Source: Candidatus Latescibacterota bacterium
GTDB taxonomy: Bacteria > Latescibacterota > UBA2968 > UBA8231
Assembly (NCBI GenBank): GCA_965223905.1
Contig: CBDCXV010000011.1
Coordinates: forward strand, 1,312,001-1,376,000
Direction of reading: 5' to 3'
Length of the DNA: 64,000 nt
Under the pieces are notes generated by a model that searched no databases, was not told the DNA's origin, and was given only the letters and a program-made list of their open reading frames with translations. The position numbers were made by a program, and so were the translations under genes. Shown one piece after another: positions 56,652 through 64,000 of this stretch; the stretch's first letter is position 1, and every line of letters starts with the position of its first letter.

Positions 56652-58327
56652 TGAGCTCCCTGCTGACAGCCCTTTTTCTGGCCTGTCTGCTGTCGTTGCC
56701 GATCGCGGCCCCCGCCGCCCCGGAGCTGACCACCGAACCGGTCAAGTGGTTCGACGCCGACAACAAGCCGATCCCCGAGCCGGCCGAGATCGAGGAGAAC
56801 CAGGTCTGGGACATCGCCGACCACACCTTCTTTCACCAGGCCCACAAGCTGCTCGATCTGGGATGGACCGCCCGCCGGGCCGGCAACCTCCTCCGGCTCG
56901 CAGGCCCGCGTCAGGCCGACAACGTCAACGCCCTCGACGAGGTCCCCAACTCCTCCTGGTTCACCAACCGGAACTTCCTGCGGCCGATGACCCTCGAGGC
57001 CTTGGGCGAGGGACCCGGGCTCGCCGAACCCGACGACAGCGGCCCCTGGGAGATCGTCGCCGGCAAGTTCGAAGGCGGCACGGCCGGGTTCACCATCAAG
57101 GACGCCTCGAAGCGGTACTTCCTGCTCAAGTTCGACTCCGAAGGGAACAACGAGATGGGATCGGCCGCGGAGGTGATCGCCACCAAGGTGCTGTACGCCG
57201 CAGGCTACAACGTGCCGCGCAACTCGGTCGTCTACTTCGATCCCGGACTCCTGCAGATCGGCCCGAAAGCCAAGGTGCCGACCGGAGACGGCGGCAAGCG
57301 GCCGATGACGCAGACGGATCTGCAGGGCATCCTCGACAACATCATCCCCCAGTCGGACGGCACCCTGCGCTGCGTGGCCAGCAAGTTCCTCGAGGGCAAA
57401 CCGGTCGGCGTCTTCAACTACGACGGTCGCCGCAGGGACGATCCCAACGACCGGGTCGACCACGAACACCGGCGCGAGCTGCGGGGGCTGCGCGTGATCG
57501 GCTCCTGGCTCAACGATGCCGACCGCCGGGCGGCCAACACCCTGGACATGTACGTGACCGGGGAGGACGGCCGCAGCTACGTCCGCCACTACCTGATCGA
57601 CATGGGCTCCGCCCTTGGCAGCAACAACCTGATGCCACACCTGCCCAAGTACGGCAACGAGTACGTCTGGGATCCGCGCACGGTCTTTCGGTCCCTGGTA
57701 TCGTTGGGGTTCTACCGCAAGAAGTGGGAAGAGCCGCTGCCGATGAACTACCCGGCGATCGGCTACTTCGAGAACAAGACCTTCAGTCCCGGGGGATGGG
57801 TGCCCACCTATCCCAATCCCGCCTTCGAGCGCTGCACCGACCGGGACGGATACTGGGGCGCCAAGATCGTCATGGCCTTCCGCGACGACGACATCCGCGC
57901 CATGGTGGAACGGGGGCGCTACTCCGACCCGGGTGCCACCGAGGAGCTGACCCGGCTTCTGGCCGAGCGCCGGGACATGATCGGGCGCTACTGGTTCGAG
58001 CGGGTCAACCCGCTGGATCGCTTTGAAGTGGAAGAGGGCCAGCTGCGGTTCGCAGATCTCGCCGTGGAGGGAGGGCTGGTGCCGCGCGCGTCGCGACAGT
58101 GGCAGTATACTGCTGTCGATGAAGACGGGGACCGGATTGCCGATCCGCGGCGGCTGGCCGAGCCGGTCATCCCGATCGGCGAGGAGGCGCAGCCCGGGCG
58201 GTTCTTCGGTTACCGGATCCGGAGCCGCAGCGGCGAGAGCGCCAGGTGGAGCAAGAGGACCATCGTGTTTCTCTACAAGCACGAAGCCGGCCGCCTGCAA
58301 CTGGTGCGGATCGACCGGGAGGAGTAG
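56651..58327 (+). CDS. Exported atypical kinase-like protein (HipA/PI3-4K-like motifs)
   Basis: Signal peptide; GKFEGGTAGF, YFLLKFD, AAEVIATKVLYAAGYNVP, WLNDADRRAANTL, YLIDMGSALG; TGATG coupling to the Omp85 gene. Confidence 0.7.
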   Translation: MSSLLTALFLACLLSLPIAAPAAPELTTEPVKWFDADNKPIPEPAEIEENQVWDIADHTFFHQAHKLLDLGWTARRAGNLLRLAGPRQADNVNALDEVPNSSWFTNRNFLRPMTLEALGEGPGLAEPDDSGPWEIVAGKFEGGTAGFTIKDASKRYFLLKFDSEGNNEMGSAAEVIATKVLYAAGYNVPRNSVVYFDPGLLQIGPKAKVPTGDGGKRPMTQTDLQGILDNIIPQSDGTLRCVASKFLEGKPVGVFNYDGRRRDDPNDRVDHEHRRELRGLRVIGSWLNDADRRAANTLDMYVTGEDGRSYVRHYLIDMGSALGSNNLMPHLPKYGNEYVWDPRTVFRSLVSLGFYRKKWEEPLPMNYPAIGYFENKTFSPGGWVPTYPNPAFERCTDRDGYWGAKIVMAFRDDDIRAMVERGRYSDPGATEELTRLLAERRDMIGRYWFERVNPLDRFEVEEGQLRFADLAVEGGLVPRASRQWQYTAVDEDGDRIADPRRLAEPVIPIGEEAQPGRFFGYRIRSRSGESARWSKRTIVFLYKHEAGRLQLVRIDREE

Positions 58328-58449
58328 GGATAGGGTTGTCGGGGCTACTGGCCCTTGGCCGGTTGTCCACAGTTTTTGTTCCATCCGCGTTTATCACCCC
58401 TTCCGGTAGACCGCCTGACACCATCCACCCTTCAGAAAACGGGCCGCTC

Positions 58450-59828
58450 GTGAAAACCATCTTCATCATCCTCGACTCCCTGAACCGCCACTACCTCGGC
58501 AGCTACGGTCCCTCCTGGGTGCGCACCCCCAACATCGACCGCCTGGCGCGGCGCGACCTGTACACCGGGCACGCCGGCTTCCTCGAGACGCCCTGGAGCC
58601 CGCTGCAGCCCTGGGACGACACCCTGCAGGCGGAGCTGCGGCGCCAGCGGCAGACCTACAGCCACCTCATCACCGACCACTACCACTACTTCCACAGCGG
58701 CGGCGAGTTCTACCACGTCCAGTTCGACAGCTGGGAGTTCGTGCGCGGCCAGGAGCGGGACGTGTGGCGGCCGCTGGTCGACCTGCCGCCCCATCTCGGC
58801 AAGTCGCAGCGCGGGTACTGGGCCAACCGCACCTTCAGTGCTTCGCCCGCGCCATCGAGTTCCTCGACGCCAACCACGGGGCCGGCAACTGGCACCTCCA
58901 CCTCGAGTGCTTCGACCCGCACGAGCCGTTCGCCTGCCCGGCGAAGTACCGCGAGCTCTACGGCGACACCTGGGAGGGGGAGCACTTCGACTGGCCGGAG
59001 TACGCCCCGGTCACCGAGAGCCCGGAGGCGGTCGAGCATATCCGCAAGGCGTACGCCGGCACCCTGACCATGGCCGACGCCTGGCTCGGCAGGTTCCTCG
59101 ACAGGATGGACGAGCTGAACATGTGGGAGGATACCGCGGTCGTCCTCAGCACCGACCACGGACACCTGCTCGGGGAGCACGGGTACTGGGCCAAGAACTA
59201 CATGCTCGACTACGAGGAGCTGGTGCACATACCCCTCATCGTCTGCGCTCCCGGGATCGGACACCGCCGCGTGCCGGCGCTGACCTCCGCCCTCGACCTG
59301 ATGCCGACCTTCATGGAGCTGCACCGGGGGGAGCTGCCGCCGAAGGTGCAGGGCCGCTCCCTCTGCCACCTGCTGCAGGGGGGCGGCAGCCACCACGACG
59401 CCGTGCTCTTCGGCTACTTCGGCAAGGACATCAACCTCACCGACGGCCGCTACAGCTACTGCCGGCAGCCGCTGCCCGGCTCCTTCGCGTACAACCACGC
59501 CGCGGTGCTGTGCACCTCACCCGACCCGGGCAGGATGGGGGCCCCGCTGCACGGGCGGGAAGAGCTGGCCGGGGCGGAGCACGGCCTGTTTCTGCCGCAC
59601 ACCTGTGGCATTCCCCACCTGCGCCTGAAGCAGCCGTCGCACCGGCACCACAACGCCCCCGACTTCAACCCGATCTACGATCTCGAGGCGGACCCGCAGC
59701 AGGAGAGCCCGGTCCGGGACGGCCGGCTGGAGGAGGAGCTGGCCGGGAAGATGAGGGAGCTGCTGCAGCGCTACGGAGCCCCGGAAAGCGAGTTCCGGCG
59801 GGTGGGGATACAGCAGGTGGAGAAATAA
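58450..59828 (+). pseudogene. Sulfatase pseudogene (catalytic motif deleted, frameshift at ~58836)
   Basis: [11 protein letters not shown]...TPNIDRLA|RRDLYTG lacks CxPxR; [27 protein letters not shown] are in a second frame. Confidence 0.85.
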
Positions 59829-59947
59829 GCGGCTGGAGGCCACTACTTCAGAAAACAAAGCCTGACGAAACCTTATCTTTGAAGATTCCTTACGAAACTA
59901 TGGGCCCCGGTACCCCGGAGAATTCTCCACATTCAGTCAGAGGATTG

Positions 59948-61849
<1,902 letters not shown>

Positions 61850-61904
61850 AGCCGGATGCGGCGGTAACGGATTCTCGCCCGGCTCATCGACACAGGCGCG
61901 CGGT

Positions 61905-62757
61905 GGGGAGCACTTCGACTGGCCGGAGTACGCCCCGGTGACCGAGAGCCCGTAGGCGGTCGAACATATCCGCAAATCGTACGCCGGCACCCTGACCATG
62001 GCGACGCCTTGCTCGGCAGGTTCCTCGACAGGATGGACGAGTTGAACCTGTTGGGAGGATACCGCGGTCGTCCTGAGCACCGACCACGGGCATCTTGCTC
62101 GGGGAGCACGGGTGGGCAAAGAACTACATGTTCGACTACGAGGAGCTGGTGCACATACCCCTGATCGTCTGCGCTCCCGGGATCGGGCACCGCCGCGTGC
62201 CGGCCCTCACCTCCGCCCTCGACCTGATGCCGACCTTCATGGAGCTGCACCGGGGGGAGCTTCCTCCGAACGTGCAGGGCCGCTCCCTCTGCCACCTGCT
62301 GCAGGGGGGCGGCAGCCACCACGACGCCGTGCTTTTCGGCTACTTCGGCAAGGACATCAACCTCACCGACGGCCGCTACAGCTACTGCCGGCAGCCCTTG
62401 CCCGGCTCTTTCGCGTACAACCACGCCGCGGTGCTGTGCACCTCACCCGACCCGGGCAGGATGGGCACCCCGCTGCACGGGCGGGAAGAGCTGGCGGAGG
62501 CGGAGCACGGCCTGTTTCTGCCGCACACTCACGGCATTCCCCACCTACGCCTGAAGACGCCGTCGCACCGGCACCACAACGCCCCGGACTTCAACCCGAT
62601 CTACGATCTGGAGGCGGACCCGCAGCAGGAGACCCCGGTCCGGGAGGGCTGGCCGGAGGAGGAGCTAGCGGGCAAGATGAGGGAGCTGCTGCAGCGCTAC
62701 GGAGCCCCGGAAAGCGAGTTCCGGCGGGTGGGGTTGCTCAATGGAGATTTTCCCTGA
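61905..62757 (+). pseudogene. Second, 5'-truncated copy of the sulfatase (~830-bp direct repeat of 58977-59807)
   Basis: Near-identical DNA, with GAG>TAG at ~61954 and small indels in the first 210 bp. Confidence 0.9.
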
Positions 62758-62779
62758 CAAATTGGGATTTGACTGGGAA

Positions 62780-63214
62780 ATGGTGATGGAAATCCTGATT
62801 GATTGGACACTACTCGACGACAGCGGCCATGACGACCTGTGGCATGAGGTGTGGTGCTTGTACGCTTACCAGCATCCGGATGACGACGATCTGTTCTACA
62901 TTGGAAAAGCGGATAGATCGACGATATGGGATCGCCTTTACGGCAACCACAAAGACGTCTTGTTCCACGATATCGAGATGGAATTCGAGGTGCATCCGGA
63001 CGAACTGCGGGTACTCCACGGTGGTATCGAACTCCCCGATAGTCGCCGTCGTTCGGCCGCCCTTCTGACTGATGTCGAAAGTCTTCTTATCATTCGCCTA
63101 CAACCTTGGGGCAACGTGCAGTCGAGAGGCAGCCGGATTTCACGACCAGGTCTGAAAGTGGAGTGTGTCGGCGATTGGCCTTTCTCTCGTTCCCGATTTA
63201 TCGACCGCGGGTAA
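62780..63214 (+). CDS. GIY-YIG-like nuclease, standalone
   Basis: CLYAY...LFYIGKA...I..R...H...DVESLLI...QP..N; lower GC than its neighbours. Confidence 0.6.
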   Translation: MVMEILIDWTLLDDSGHDDLWHEVWCLYAYQHPDDDDLFYIGKADRSTIWDRLYGNHKDVLFHDIEMEFEVHPDELRVLHGGIELPDSRRRSAALLTDVESLLIIRLQPWGNVQSRGSRISRPGLKVECVGDWPFSRSRFIDRG

Positions 63215-63431
63215 GAGTTCTACAGCCGGCTCGGTACCCTCAAATTTTCCCATTCTTCAGTACAGGTTTTTCTGTTAAATTCTTTTTCAAGGGTTTTGGA
63301 TAAGGAGAACGGAGTAAAGGGCTGTTTCCGACACGCTTCGCATTAATCGAAAAAAGAAAAATGGGATCTGCCCGAATCCCGCAGTCAAGTGGGTGCCCCC
63401 GGAACTCCGGGATTACGGATTCCGACAACTA

Positions 63432-63600
63432 GCATCCTGACCACGGCCAATGCTTGGCTTGGACAGTTCCTCGGGAGGATGGACGAGCTAAACATGTGGG
63501 GGGAAACCGGGGTCGTGCCGAGCACTGACTAAGGCCACTTGCTTCGGGAGCACGGGTACTGGGCCAAGAACTACGATGTTCGACTACGATGAACCAGTGC
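63432..63600 (+). pseudogene. Third, strongly degenerate sulfatase fragment
   Basis: gcatcctgaccacggccaatgcttggctt...ggatggacgagct...gagcacgggtactgggccaagaactac aligns by eye to 59059-59226. Confidence 0.8.
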
Positions 63601-64000
63601 CCGCCCGAGAAAACAGCGCTGCATCCACCTTTTTCCGGCGCGGATCGTTTTTCACCATTGGCCATACATGTCGGGTCCGCAGCCAGTGCCGGAATGCCGG
63701 TATGTCAACCAAGTCGGCTACGACTTGTCGCCGGATTTGGTTTGGGAGGTACTGCTGATAAGGACCGACCGCAAGATTACTCTCAAGATTAGCGAAAAAA
63801 AAGCCGACAGCTTCCCGCACTACCGTCTCTTTCATATGAAGATTTCCCCCCGGGTTGAGTGCTGAGTTCCCTGCGACCGCCAACCCCGCCAGACCACCGA
63901 TGGGACGAAGATCGGGCACGAGAGCGCACAACAAGGTCTGGTATCCGCTGCCACCGAAATGAAGCCACATCAACCCGTCCGGAGAATCGATGAGCGGCGC

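Noticed and set aside
56438-58384. Long antisense ORFs here and at 39526-40998, 47036-48607, 45233-46726, 23849-25204
   Set aside because: Typical high-GC antisense shadows of well-supported + strand genes.
63386-63412. gggtgcccccggaact resembling the IS3-like end at 32025-32049
   Set aside because: Match too short and lacks the TGGACA part; cannot be supported as a partner IR.
63584-64000. Short ORFs at the window end, including YVNQVGY reminiscent of GH9 N-domains
   Set aside because: Too short and interrupted; no other supporting motif.

Overview
High-GC bacterial window with almost all genes on the + strand. The content (FlgD/T9SS-CTD-like tails, dockerin-like EF-hand pairs, DUF2279, very many eukaryote-like repeat proteins) suggests an FCB-superphylum lineage such as Latescibacterota or Gemmatimonadota, probably host-associated (e.g. 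sponge); this is inference only. The first ~50 kb is a surface-protein island built from a small kit of shuffled modules: CARDB, YWTD, WD40, two LRR types, Big_1, FN3, collagen, metzincin and clostripain-like peptidases. Seven genes end in the same ~480-bp dockerin-like + FlgD-like cassette, and several copies are decayed. Embedded at 19.0-26.0 kb is a tightly linked six-gene operon: pseudo-trypsin/TM/FHA receptor, ExbD/MotB-like TM-vWA protein, MotA/TolQ/ExbB channel, FHA protein, PP2C, and a membrane Ser/Thr kinase with ankyrin repeats. This is my best candidate for an uncharacterised system. The last 14 kb holds OM proteins, a Bor-like lipoprotein, and ppk2 fused to a group II intron 3' remnant, possibly bracketed by an intron 5' end. 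It also holds an Omp85 barrel coupled to an exported HipA/PI3-4K-like kinase, and typA plus a GIY-YIG-like gene interleaved with three broken copies of one sulfatase. I recognised no rRNA, tRNA or CRISPR array. All family calls are by motif recognition; no searches were run, and frameshifts could be assembly errors.
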